Shown piece by piece: positions 8,612-20,909 of a stretch of DNA of 64,000 nucleotides. Source of the DNA: Mobula hypostoma (lineage: Eukaryota). Where the stretch lies: assembly GCF_963921235.1 (NCBI RefSeq), contig NC_086108.1, forward strand, positions 78,742,001-78,806,000. Direction: 5' to 3'. The notes beneath the pieces are model-generated. The model was not told the DNA's origin. It saw only the letters and a program-made list of their open reading frames with translations, and did not search any database. Position 1 is the stretch's first letter; each line of letters starts with the position of its first letter. The translations under genes were made by a program, and so were the position numbers.

Positions 8612-11600
8612 AGGTTTGCTAGAGAGGATCCAGTGGATGTAAACTAGATACAAGGGGGGAGGGGAACCACAGTGTAGGAACAGATGTAGGGGAGAAGGAA
8701 GAAAAAGAAAATAGTAAAGTCGTTTGCATCGTTAGTGATAAACAGAGAGGAAGAGGTAGAAGATTTCTTAAATGCATTTATTTCAATGCTAGGAGCATCA
8801 TAAGAAAGGTGGATGAGCTTAGAGCATGGACTGATACCTGGAAGTATGATGTTGTAGCTATTAGTGAAACATGGTTGCAGGAGGGGTGTGATTGGCAACT
8901 TAAATATTCCTGGATTTCGTTCCTTCAGGTGTGATAGAATCAGAGGGACAAGAGGGGGAGGTGTTGTATTGCTTGTCAGAGAAAGTATTACAATGGTGCT
9001 CTGGCAGGATAGATTAGAGGGCTTGTCTAGGGAGGCTTTTGGGTGGAATTGAGGAATGGGAAAGGTGTAGTAACGCTTATAGGGGTGTATTATAGACCAC
9101 CTAATGGGGAGCGAGAAGTGGAAGAGCAAATTTGTAAGGAGATAGCAGATATTTGTAGTAAGCACAAGGTTGTGATAGTGGGAGACTTTAATTTTCCACA
9201 CATAGACTGGGAAGCCCATACTGTAAGAGGGCTGGATGGTTTGGAGTTTGTAACATGTGTGCAGGATAGTTTTTTGCAGCAATACATAGAGGTACCAACT
9301 AGAGAAGGGGCAGTGTTGGATCTCCTGTTAGGGAATGATATAGAATGAGATAGGTCAGGTGACGGAGGTATGTATCACTTCGGGTCCAGTGATCACAATG
9401 CCATCAATTTCAATATAATTATGGAGAAGGATAGGTCTGGACCCAGGATTGCGATTTTTGATTGGAAAAATGCCAACTTTGAGGAGATGCAAAAGGATTT
9501 AAAAGGAGTGGATTGGGACAAATTGTTTTATGGGAAGGATGTAACAGAGAAATGGAGGTCATTTAAAGGTGAAATTTCGAGGGTACAGAGTCTTCATGTT
9601 CCTGTTAGGTTGAAAGGAATGGTTAAAAGTTTGAGAGAACCATGATTTTCAAGGGATATTGGAAACTTGGTTCAGAAAAAGAGAGACATCTACAATAAAT
9701 ATAGGCAGCATGGAGTAAATGAGGTGCTAAAGGAATACAAAGAATGTAAAAAGAATCTTATGAAAGAAATTAGAAAAGCCATGAGGTTGCTTTGGCAAGT
9801 AAGGTGAAAATAAATCCAAAGGGTTTCTACAGTTATATTAATATCAAAAGGATAGTGAGGGATAAAATTGGTCCCTTAGAGAATCAGAGTGGACAGCTAT
9901 GTGTGGAACCAAAAGAGATGGGGGAGATTTTGAACAATTTCTTTTCTTCGGTATTCACTAAGGAGAAGGATATTGAATTGTATAAGGTAAGGGAAACAGG
10001 TACGGAAGTTATGGAAACTATGATTATTAAAGAAGAGGAAGTACTGGCACTTTTAAGGAATATAAAAGTGGATAAGTCTCTGGGTCCTGACAGGATATTC
10101 CCTAGGACCTTGAGGGAAGTTAGTATAGCAATAGCAGGGGTTCTGACAGAAATATTTCAAATGTCATTAGAAACGGGGATGGTGCCGGAGGATTGGCATA
10201 TTGCTCATGTTGTTCCATTGTTTAAAAAGGGTTCTAAGAGTAAATCTAGCAATTATCAGCCTGTGAGTTTGATGTCAGTGATGGGCAAATTGATGAAAAG
10301 CAGTCTTAGAGATGGTATATATAATTATCTGGATAGACAGGGTCTGATTAAGAACAGTCAACATGGATTTGTGCAAGGAAGGTCATGTTTGACAAATCTT
10401 ATTGAGTTTTTTTGAAGAGGTTACTAGGAAAGTTGACGAGGGTAAAGCGGTGGATGTTGTCTATATGGACTTCAGTAAGGCCTTTGGCAAGGTTTCACAC
10501 GGAAGGTTAGTTAGGAAGGTTCAATTGTTAGGTATTAATATTGAGGCAGTAAAATGGATTCAGCAGTGGCTGGATGGGAGCCGCCAGAGAGTAGTGATGG
10601 ATAACTGTTTGTCAGATTGGAGGCCAGTGACTAGTGGTGTGCCTCAGGGATCTGTACTTGGTCCAATGTTGTTTGTCATATACATTAATGATCTGAATGA
10701 TGGGGTAGTAAATTGGATTAGTAAGTATGCAGATGATACTAAGATAGGTGACACTGTGGATAATGAAGTAGGTTTTCAAAGCTTGCAGAGAGGTTTAGGC
10801 CAGTTAGAAGAGTGGGCTGAAAGCTGGCAGATGGAGTTTAATGCTGATAAATGTAAGGTGATACATTTTGGTAGGACTAATCAAAATAGGACATACATGG
10901 TAAATGGTAGGGCATTGAAGAATGCAGTAGAACAGTAGGAATAATGGAGCATAGTTCCCTGAAGGTGGAATCTCATGTGGATAGGGTGGTGAAGAAAGCT
11001 TTTGGTATGCTGGCCTTTATAAATCAGAGCACTGAGTATAGCACTTGGGACGTAATGTTGAAATTGTACAAGGCATTGGTAATGCCAAATTTGGAGTACT
11101 GTGTACAGTTCTGGTCACCGAATTATAGGAAAGATGTCAACAGAATACAGAGAGTACAGACAAGATTTATTGGAATGTTACCTGGATTTCAGCACCTAAG
11201 TTACAGAGAAAGGTTGAACAAGTTGGGTCTTTATTCTTTGGAGCGTAGAAGGTTGAGAGGGGTCTTGGTAGAGGTATTTAAAATTATGAGGGGGATAGAT
11301 AGAGTTGACGTGGATAGGCTTTTTCCATTGAGAGTAGGGGAGATTCAAACAAGAGGACATGAGTTGAGAGTTAGGGGGCAAAAGTTTAGGGGTAACATGA
11401 GGAGGAACTTCTTTACTCAGAGTGTGATAGCTGTGTGGAACGAGCTTCCAGCAGAAGTGGTAGAGGCAGGTTTGATATTGTCATTTAAAATAAAACTGGA
11501 CAGCTATATGGCAGGAAAGGAATGGAGGGTTATGGGCTGAGTGCAGGTCGGTGGGACTGGGTGAGAGTAAGCGTTCGGCACGGACCAGAAGGGCCGAGAT

Positions 11601-11637
11601 GGCCTGTTTCTGTTCTGTAATTGTATATGATTATATG
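8612..11637 (+). mobile_element. CR1 LINE, 5'-truncated at the end of ORF1; near-complete ORF2 (APE plus RT) with frameshifts
   Basis: ORFs 9043-11540 carry YYRPP, GDFN, SDHN, QHGF, DFSKAF, GVPQGSVLGP, YADDTK and LEYCVQFWSP; tail gtatatgattatatg. Confidence 0.95.
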
Positions 11638-12424
11638 GAATGCCAATATCGCATTTGCCTTCCTCATCACAAACGCAACCTGCAAATTAACCTTCAGGCA
11701 ATTCTGCAATAGGACTCCCAAGTCCCTTCGCGCCTCAGTTTTTTTGTACCTTCTCTCCAGTTAGATAATAGTCAACCCTTTCCACAAAAAGTGCATGACC
11801 ATGTGCTTCCCATCTGCCATTTCTCTGCCCAGTCTCCTAATCTGTCTAAGTCCTTCTGAATCCAATGTACAAGACTTTATAACTGGAACATTTATAAATC
11901 AAAAGTACCTGTATTTAAACTGAAAGATTATTTACTAATGTCATTTGAGATAGTTACACTGGGATTGTCACAAGCAACTGAAAATAAATTTAACTTTAGC
12001 TTCTAGCAGGAGGTTGATGCTGGAGAATCATCCACTCTGGCAGCCAGTTCCATCAACTTCCATGGAACGATATGTTCTGAAGACAGTACAGTGGGAAACC
12101 AATCCTCTGAACTCATTGACTGCTGACAAAGATCCAATGCTCAAAAAACACAAATGTCTCATCCTGAGAATTAGAAATCTCAACCACCTGTTTTTCATAC
12201 TTCTGTGCAAGCGTTGATATTATTTTCCTTCCCACTTATACAGTTGAATGTGTTACAGTGCAATGTAACAGCACTTACCAAAAGGTTCTACAGGCTTGTG
12301 TATTTGGCGCAGAAGATAGCAAACTTGCTGCGAAAATCAAGAAAATGTTCCAGGCATAGCTACTGATGCAAACAGAAGAATTCACTACTGTGACATTAGA
12401 GTTATGATCTATTACTTAAACAAA

Positions 12425-13650
12425 TAGGCTAAAAGAAGGCATGAAGTTGCTCTCGCAGACAAGATGAAGGAGAATTCCAAGGAATTCTACATGTATGTTC
12501 AAAGCAAAAGGATTGCTAGAGACAACATTAGTCCTCTGGAAGACCAGAACAGTAATCTATGTATGCAACCAAAACAGATAGGGAAGATCTTAAATGCATT
12601 CTTTGCATATTTACTCGGAAAATGGATATAGAGTCTACAGAAGTGAGGCGGTCGGATCAACTTCTTGGGTCCTGTACAGATTACAGGGGGTGTTTGCTAC
12701 CCCGAGGCAAATCAGGGTGGATAAATCCGCAGGGCCTGATAAGGTGTTCCCTTGGACCCTACGGGCCTCCAGTACAGACTGGATATATAAGTATTTAGAT
12801 AGACATGGAATGATTAAGGCTTGAAGAGGGATCTGCATCAGCTGGAAAATTGGGCCAAAAAATGGCAGATGGAATTTAATGTGACAAGTGTGAGATTTTG
12901 CACTTTGGTAGGAACAACCAGGGTAGGTCTTACACAGTGAATGGTAGGGTATTGAGGAGTGTGGTAGAACAAAGGGATCTGGGAATACAGCTACATAGTT
13001 CATTGAAAGTGGTGTCACCGATAGATAGAGTCGTAAAGAAAATTTTGGCACATTGGTCTTCATAAATCAACGTATTGAGTATAGAAGACGGGGTGTTATC
13101 TCAAATTTGTATAAGACGTCGGTGAGGTCTAATTTAGAGTATTGTGTGCAAATCTGGTCACCTACCTACAGGAAGATGTAAACAAGGTTGAAAGAGAAAA
13201 TGTACAAGGATGTTGCCAGATCTGGAGGACCTGAGTTATAAGGAAAGATTGAATAGGTTAGGACTGTATTCTTTAGAACGCAGAAGACGGAAAGGAGATT
13301 TGATAGAGGTGTATAGAGGGGTATAGATGGGGTAAATGCAAGCAGGCTTTTTCCACTGAGGTTGGGTGGGGCTACAACCAGAGGTCATGGCTTGAGGGTG
13401 AAAGGTGAGAAATTTAAGGGAAACATGAGGGGAAACTTCTTCGCTCAAGAGGGTGGTGGGAGTGTGGAATGAGCTGACAGAACAAGTGGTCCATGCGAGA
13501 TCGATTTCAATGTTTAACAGAAGTTTGATTAGGTACATGGAGGGCTATGGTCCTGGTGCAGATCATTGGGAGTAAGCCGTTTAAATGGTTTTGGCATGAA
13601 CTAAATGGGCCAAAGGGCCTGTTTCTGTGCTGAGCTTCTCTACGACTCCA
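12425..13650 (+). mobile_element. Decayed, internally deleted CR1 ORF2 and 3'UTR
   Basis: IRVDKSAGPDKVFP, tggcagatggaatttaatg, and 3'UTR gggccaaagggcctgtttctgtgctg. Confidence 0.85.
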
Positions 13651-13714
13651 AATAATTTGTTTCATAGAGCAGTGGGTATGATCTCTACAGTAATGAGGGC
13701 CCCCTTCTGTAAAT

Positions 13715-14280
13715 GGCAAGATTATATTGGGCTGACTTCTTTTTACATTATGTCAATGACTTTGATACAGAATTGATAACCTTGTGGCTAAGTTTGCAGA
13801 CAACACGAGATAGGTGGAAGGGTAGGTTGATTTGAGGAAGCAGGAGGTCTGCAGAAGAACTTAGAGTGGGAGGATGGGCAAAGAAGTGGCAGATGGAGTA
13901 TAGTGTAATAAAGTGTATGGTTATGCACTTTGATAGAAGAAATAAAGGTGTAAACTATTGTCTAAATGGGGAGAAATTTTTTAAAAAATCAAAGGTGCTT
14001 GCACAGGATTCCCTAAGGGTTAACTTGCAGGTTGAGTCAGTGGTAAGGAAGGCAAATGTAATGTTAACACTCATTTCAAGAGGACTGGAATATAAGAGCA
14101 AGGATGCAATGCTGAAGCTTTGTATTGCATTGGTCAGACTGCACTTGGAGTAATGACAGCAGTTTCTGGCCCCTTATCCAAGAAAAGATGTGTTGACATT
14201 GGAGAGGGTCAAGGGGAGGTTCAGGAGAATGTTTCCGGGAATGAAAGAGTTTATTGATGAGGTGTGTCTGGTGGCTCTGG
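13715..14280 (+). mobile_element. Decayed CR1 RT fragment
   Basis: ORF 13866-14153 WAKKWQMEYSVIKCMVMHF...LVRLHLE. Confidence 0.85.
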
Positions 14281-14419
14281 AAGAACTCAGCAAGTCAGGA
14301 AGCATTTATGGAGAGGAATAAATGGTTCACATTTTGGGTCGAAACCATTCATCAGGTTGGAAAGCAAGGGGGAAGCAAAAGTAGCTTATCTGTGCCCTCA
14401 AGCCTACTCTGCCAAGATA

Positions 14420-14650
14420 ACGTAGTGTTTAGCATGACACTTTAGAGTACCAGCAAACTGGGTTCCCTCCACTCTCTGTAAGAAGTTTGTATAGTGTCCC
14501 TATGACCACGAGCGTTTCCTCCCACAGTCCAAAAACATACTGGTTGGTAGGTTAATTGGTCTTTGTAAACTGTCTGTGATGAGGCTAGGGTTAAGTCAGG
14601 GGTTGCTGGGCAGCTCAGCTCAAGGGCCAGAGGGGCTGAATCTCAACAAA
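14420..14650 (+). mobile_element. HE1/V-SINE-like SINE, preceded by a short PLE remnant (about 14275-14380)
   Basis: tttcctcccacagtccaaaaac..gttaattgg core shared with other copies in the window. Confidence 0.7.
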
Positions 14651-15264
14651 TGAAAGATCAGGACTGATCCAACTGTGGCTTCAACACCAGTTTCCTGTTC
14701 ATCATCACATCCCCAACCTCAACCCATCCTCAACCCCCTTGTCACTCAAAATACATATCAATTCTTCCTATTCAATGAATCACATCCACATCTCTGTCAG
14801 GTAAATTCCAAAAAGGTCACAATTCATCAAAAGCAAACACATTTCTATTTCAAAGAAAACAAATTGTGTTTCAGTTTATGCTGTAACTATTGGTAACTGC
14901 AGACAATATACATATGGTTCATTTCCTTGCTGAAAAAGGAGCTGATAGTCACCTTGACACAATATTGATATCATCATCACAATTCTTTGAGATAGTAACT
15001 AATGTAAATCGCTATCTCTTCTGTTGACTAAATAGCCTAGCACATTAAAGGCTCAGTTGATTATCAACATTCAGCAAATTGCCAACCCTGAACTGCAAAC
15101 ACAAGTGGTTTGAATGGTAATGACCAAAATCATGAAACAATTCAACTGACAAACATTGACTTTCAACAAGATTATGAGCTTGATTTTCCAGATAAAATGT
15201 CAATTTTTTTATAACAAGTTGTCTTAGTTTTTTTTAAAAATTGAAAATTTATCCATTGATGGTT

Positions 15265-15530
15265 AAACACCTAAAATGCGGAAGGAATTCGGCAGGTCAG
15301 GCATCTATGGAGGAAATGGCATTGAGATTTCGATCCAAGATTCTCCATCAGGACTGGAAGGGCAAGGTGCAAAAACCAGAATAAAAGGGTTGGGGGAAGA
15401 GGAGTAGTAGTAGGTGGCAGTTGACAGGGGCAAAGCAAGAGGTTAGGGGTGGGGGGTGTTGGAGGGGCAAAAGGGAATAATGTGAGAAGCTCAATGAGAA
15501 TAAATGATGAGGGAGCAATGTGATGGCTTA
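15265..15530 (-). mobile_element. PLE remnant
   Basis: aaatgcggaaggaattcggcaggtcaggcatctatggagg... followed by a G-rich tract, as in 27747-28100. Confidence 0.7.
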
Positions 15531-16861
15531 ACAAGAACCATAACAAAGCACTTAGTTGGATTACAGCACTGCTAGATCATCAGATTTCCATACCCCCAGA
15601 GGTATAGTGATTGGCTCAGAATTTACACTAGCAACACACTTCCCAGGCACCATGAAAAAGAGTTGCTATAGGCCTCCTCTACAGAAATGTTTCCTGTTAA
15701 TTAGGAACTCCTCCCAGTTACCCACAGACAGAGAGCAGCACCAAAAATGTGTATTTGGCTAGCATTATTATTATTGATATTCCCTAAGCTACACAATGAA
15801 AAGAAAACTATAAAGTTGTTTTAATTTTATATTCAGAGTACCCTTTTTGGAAGAGTATTACCTCAGAAACGGGGTTGACCAGAAGTGCAAAGTAATTAGT
15901 TGCAACCACAGAATTCACAAGAATCTTTTTTGCAGACAGCTTCAGAAGGCAGTTAGGTGAGAGATTTTATCTCAGCATTCCCTCTCAGCCTTAGTGATTA
16001 TAACAAACTGAAAAATAAGGAAACAAATGATATGAGAGAGCAAGAGAGAAAAACAAATCTCCTTCCTTGGATAGCTAATAAAAAATGACAAAAACATATG
16101 GTGGGTCATTCTTCTCCTCCTTTTCATACCCAACAGCTAATCGGCAGCAAGAAAACAGCAGCTCAAAGAGTTTTGTTTAAAGAACTGCACCAACATCTCA
16201 AAAAGAGATTCTGTCTTGGAGCTCAGGAGATGAGGTTAATAGGCTTAGGGGCTCAGCTGAATGCTAATGTTACAAGTGGATGTGGAATTTTTTGTAAAAC
16301 TCACAACTCCAACAAATGATAAAACTCCTTAGGGCCAAATAGGATTCTTTTTCTCAACCTGAAAACGTACACAGTCCATTAATTAGTGAAAATAAATAGC
16401 CTGGATTTTCTGATCAGTAGCAAAGGGACAGCGCTTGAAAGGCATCTTCCCACAATGATACCACAATACTGTAGTCCAGACATCGACTTTGATTAACAGC
16501 AATTTTTGTCAACATTCCCTTGGAACATGAACAAATTCAAAATTTGTGATTTTTAAAAAAATATTTAGGGAAATTTTAATCCATTCACAGAGTTTTATTG
16601 GGAACAGAGAATTATCTTAGAAATAAACACAATGCCAGTAAAGCTTTAATTACACATGATGCAACAAACCATGACAGTTTTAGACTCTGATAAATTTGTA
16701 AACAGCTGAGGTTTTTGCCAATTCAATGGTTTCTGAAGAATTCAAAGGAGAAGCCAGCAAAACAGTAACTTTTGGACTTCCCTGCATAATTAACAGTGAA
16801 AGTGCATCCTGTAGTTAGTTCACAGAGGGAAAATGGCAAATGGCAAATGCTGACCATTTCA

Positions 16862-18130
16862 AAATCAGAATCAGGTTTATTATCGTCGGCATGCATTATG
16901 AAATTTGTTAACTTAGCTGGCAGTAGTTCAATGAAATACATGATAATATAGAAAGAAAAAATAAATAACTAAATCAATTACAACAAGTATATTTTTTTTG
17001 AGTAGATTAAAGATAGTGCAAAAACAGAAATAATATATATTTTTAAAAGTGAGGTGGTGTTCGGGTTCAATACCCATTTAGGAATCATTTGGCAAAGGGG
17101 AAGAAACTGTTCCTGAATCACTGAGTGTGTGCCTTCAGGCTTCTGTATCTCCTTCCTCACAATAACAATAAGAGGACATGCCCAGGGTAACAGGGGTTCT
17201 TAATAATGGACACCGCCTTTCTGAGAACCACTCCTCGAAGATATCTTGAATACCACAGAGGCTAGTGCCCAATATGGAGCAGACTAATTTTATGACTTTC
17301 TGCAGCTTCTTTCAGTGCTGTGCAGAAGCCAAACCCCCCCATCCCCCAACGGTATCAGACAGTGATGCAGCCTGTCAGAATGCTGTCTGTGATACATCTT
17401 TTCAAACTCCAAATGAAATATAGCCGCTGTCTTGCCTTCTTTATAGCTGCATCGATACAAGACCATAAGACACAGAAGCAGAATTAGGCCATTCAGTCCA
17501 TTGAGTCTGCTCCGCCATCATGGCTGATCTCGGATCCCAGTCAACCCTATACACCTGCCTTCTTGCCATATCCTTTGATGCCCTGACCAATCAGGAAACT
17601 ATCAACTGAGCATTTCACAGATTTACTACTCTCTGGCTAAAAAAAAAATTCCTCCTTACATCTGTTCTAAAGGGTCGTCGCTCAATTTTGAAGCTGTGCC
17701 CTCTAGTTCTGGATACCCTCACCATAGGAAACATCCTCTCCATCTAGTTCTTACAACATTCAGTAGGTTTCAATGAGATCCCCCCGCATTCTTCTAAGTT
17801 CCAGTGAATACAGGCCCAAAGCTGCCAAACGCTCCTCTATATGTTAACGCCTTCATTCCCAGAATCATCCTCAGGAACCTCCTCAGAACTGCTCTGGATA
17901 GGTTGGGACCAGGTTAGGCCCTCAGAGATCTTGACACCCAGGAACTCGAAATTGCTCACTCTCTCCACTTCTGATCCCTCTATGTGGATTGGTTTGTGTT
18001 CCCCCGTCTAATCATTGCTGAAGTCCACAATCAGCTCTTGGTTTTACAGACATTGAGTGCAAGGTTGTTGCGGCGACGCCACTCAACTAGCTGGTATATC
18101 TCACTCCTGTACACAGCTCAGCTTCATCTG
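16862..18130 (-). mobile_element. Rex1/Babar-type LINE 3' portion
   Basis: (tcagaa)n tail and ctgttcctgaatcactgagtgtgtgccttcaggcttctgta; homologous to 53439-56240. Confidence 0.85.
17458..17895 (-). mobile_element. CR1 3' end nested in the Rex1 element
   Basis: Tail caagaccataagacacagaagcagaattaggcc; Rex1 sequence resumes at about 17897. Confidence 0.85.
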
Positions 18131-18700
18131 AGGGCGTGGAATAGCATGGTAGGCATTCTTGATGGCAGTGTAACAGTGGTCCAGTGTGTTGTTTCCTTTG
18201 GTACTACAAGTGATTCGCTGATGAAATTATTTAGTGATTTTTTTTCAGGCTGACCTGGTTAAAATCCCCCAAAATGATGGTGAAAGCGTCAGCGTGTGCT
18301 GTTTCATGTATGTTGATCCCATTGCTCAGATCATTTTATAGTTTGTTTAATCCCAAATTCTACTCTATTGATAAATTTGAGAGGGCATTCAGCAAACAAG
18401 AGTCCCAGGTAAATAAGGTGAAGATCATCTCGCTATTTTTAAACCATTCAGTTACTTTGCAGTTCATTCCAAATTTGAGATGACACCTGAAGTTGTGAAC
18501 ATTTTTGGAATGAGTGCATCAAACACTCTTCAGTTCAACGTGCAAGTGTAAATGTGATTACTTCATTCAGTTCCTAAAGGAATTACATCAAACAGAGTTA
18601 TAGCAAATACTCTATTCAGCTTACCCCCAAAAAACTGAAGAAAATAATCGTCATTCTCACTGAGGTAACATGTACTAATTACTATTTAAGTTTGTTATAG

Positions 18701-19262
18701 CCGGGCGTGGTAATGGGAACAAGCTCCCACTACCTATTAAATGCTCCCGATGGCATACGCCTCAAGTAGCCTCTGACAACCAAGTCCAGCTCCCGGCCTT
18801 CACGTGTGGCTTAGCTGCTAAACCTGGCGGAACAGTTCCTACTGACAGGAGTACGGGCAAAGGCGAGTTACAGGCGCCTTAAAACCAGTCACTTCAGGCA
18901 GATGTGGCTCTTCAGCTGTGGTCGACAGCTCATCTGAGAGAAGGAAAACTCTGATCTCAAATTGCCCCTGCCTTGCAGCCATACCCAGCTGGGAGTAAAC
19001 CCTGAAGAAAAATCCGGAGCTGGAGTCCCTAAAAGCAGTCCTACCTTGAGTTCAATGCTGACTGGCAACTCCTGCGACACTACTGGTACCAAACTGTATC
19101 GGTCTCTGCCATTCCTTTGGGTTCATCAGATGCGTGGAGAGAGGGAGTTTGCTACATGGGCAACAGCTTGTTCCCCACATCATACTGCCCAGGCCTGCGT
19201 ACCTAGACAGGTAGGATGCAATATCCATGGTCAACTCTGGCCAACGAAGGCCCTCACCTCAT
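18701..19262 (+). mobile_element. RTE-derived bipartite non-autonomous retroelement (structured 5' region plus RTE-type 3' end)
   Basis: GC-rich hairpin-rich 5' part. The 3' part (ccaaactgtatcggtctctgccattcc...ccatggtcaactctggccaacgaaggcc) is homologous to 8368-8552. Confidence 0.65.
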
Positions 19263-19429
19263 ACTTATAACATGAATTAGGGTGAAGGGCAAGGCTGGCA
19301 GGTTTCAGAAACCCTGATGTATGAAAACTACTGAAGCACCGGTTAAGAAACAGAAGGAAGCATACACTGCACATAAGCAATTAGGAACCAGTACTAGCAG
19401 TGAGGAGTTAGGTTCCAGAGGGCTGGAGA

Positions 19430-19925
19430 GTGGCTCTCACAAATTTCCACAGAAGCACTGTGGAGAGCATTCTAACTGGTTGCGTCACCGTCCAGTATGG
19501 AAGAACCACTGTACGAGATCAGAAAAGGCTGCAGAAAACTGCAAACTTAGTCAGTTGCATCTTGGGCATCAACCTCCCTGGCATCAAGGGCATATTCAAA
19601 GCGTTATGCCTCAAAAAGGCAGCACCCACCATTAAGGACTCGCATCACCCAGGATATACACCTTCTCATCAAGAAGGTGGTACAGGAGTCCGAAGACAGA
19701 CACTTAATATTTTAGGAACAGCCTCTCCCATCCACCATCAGATTTCTGAATGGGCAATGAACCCATGTACACTACCTCACTGTCTTTCTGCACTAATTAA
19801 ATTTATTTTTATATAAATACTACTGATTGCAATTTATAGTTTTTTTGTATTGCAATGTAATGCTGCTACAAATAAATATTTCATTACATATAACAGTGAT
19901 ATTAAACCTGATTCTTGTTCTGAAT
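19430..19925 (+). mobile_element. Rex1/Babar 3' fragment
   Basis: TNFHRSTVESILTGCVTVQYG...IKDSHHPG; tail aaacctgattct. Confidence 0.85.
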
Positions 19926-20909
19926 TTCTTGGTAACTACAAGAAGTGCAGGAGTTCACTTAAGAGAGAAATTAGGAGTGCAAAAAGATGATTTGAAAAAT
20001 ATCTGGCAGGCAAGTAGAGGCAAAACCCTGGAGGTGGTATATGAATTTTATGAGTAAAAGAAAGGCTGGAAAGAGAGCAGGTCACCTGAATGATCAGCAT
20101 GGTTTTTGTGTTTCTCCCTTCAATTTTCACTGTGGAAAAAAATGATGGCAGCTAAGGAAATGGGGGAAAAGAGTGACATATATATAAACCACATATAAAT
20201 CAGCAGGTAGGAGGAACTGGAGGCATTAAAAGTACGTTAAGGTTGATAAATCTCCGGGCCTTAATCTAGTGCATTCTTGTACCTTGTTGGAAGTTACAGA
20301 AAAAAAAACAGTGGAAACCCTTGTAGAGATTTTTGCTGCATCTTTGATCAGAAGGGGGCGGAGAGTGGCTGATATACCACTGGTTAAAAAGGGTAATTCA
20401 AGTCAGAAAACTACAAGCTGGTGAGTCTGACATTGGTGATGGGTAATTGTGGGGGGACTTTGAGGGACAGGGACTGCCAACATTTGGAGAGACAGGATCT
20501 TATTTGAGACAGGCAGCAGAGCTTTGCGTGTGGTAGATGTTTTGCAGATGTGTCTGACAGATCTCTTGGAGTTACTGTCTTCTCTCAAAGGATGGATGAG
20601 GATGGGGCAATGGAGATTGTCCTTATGGACTTTAGCAAGACCTTTCCGATGGTACCTCTGGCAGGCTCGTCTGAAAGGTCAGATTGCATTTGACCCAGGA
20701 GGAGATAGCAGATTGGATTCATAGTTGGCTCTGTGGTAGTTAAGCAGAGGTTGAGGATCAAGGGCTGCTTCTCAGACAGGAGGCCTGTATCTAGTGATGT
20801 GCCACTGGGGTTAGTTTTTGGAATTTTTGCTTTTTGTAATAAATATAAGTTATTCTGATGTGGATGTACAAGGCATGGTTAAAAGGTTTGCAGGTGATAC
20901 TAAATAAAT

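Larger units (their letters stand above)
7950..11860 (-). mobile_element. CR1 ORF2 3' fragment split by later insertions (pieces about 7950-8370, 8590-8611, 11638-11860)
   Basis: ORF 8120-8344 (RPHLEYCEQFWAPYLRKD); the sequence ...ctcttgaaatg|aatgccaatatcgcatttgcc is continuous across the insert. Confidence 0.85.

Noticed and set aside
8644..9282. 212-aa minus-strand ORF and similar antisense ORFs over LINEs
   Set aside because: Shadow ORFs antisense to CR1/Rex1 coding sequence with no independent motifs.
14900..14995. Plus-strand peptide DNIHMVHFLAEKGADSHL resembling an ankyrin repeat
   Set aside because: In-frame stop just upstream, weak acceptor, no TPLH motif and no neighbouring repeats; probably chance.
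15936..15956. Plus-strand 21-nt micro-exon signal (ttttgcag...TAG|gtgaga)
   Set aside because: Too short to distinguish from chance; no supporting plus-strand exons.
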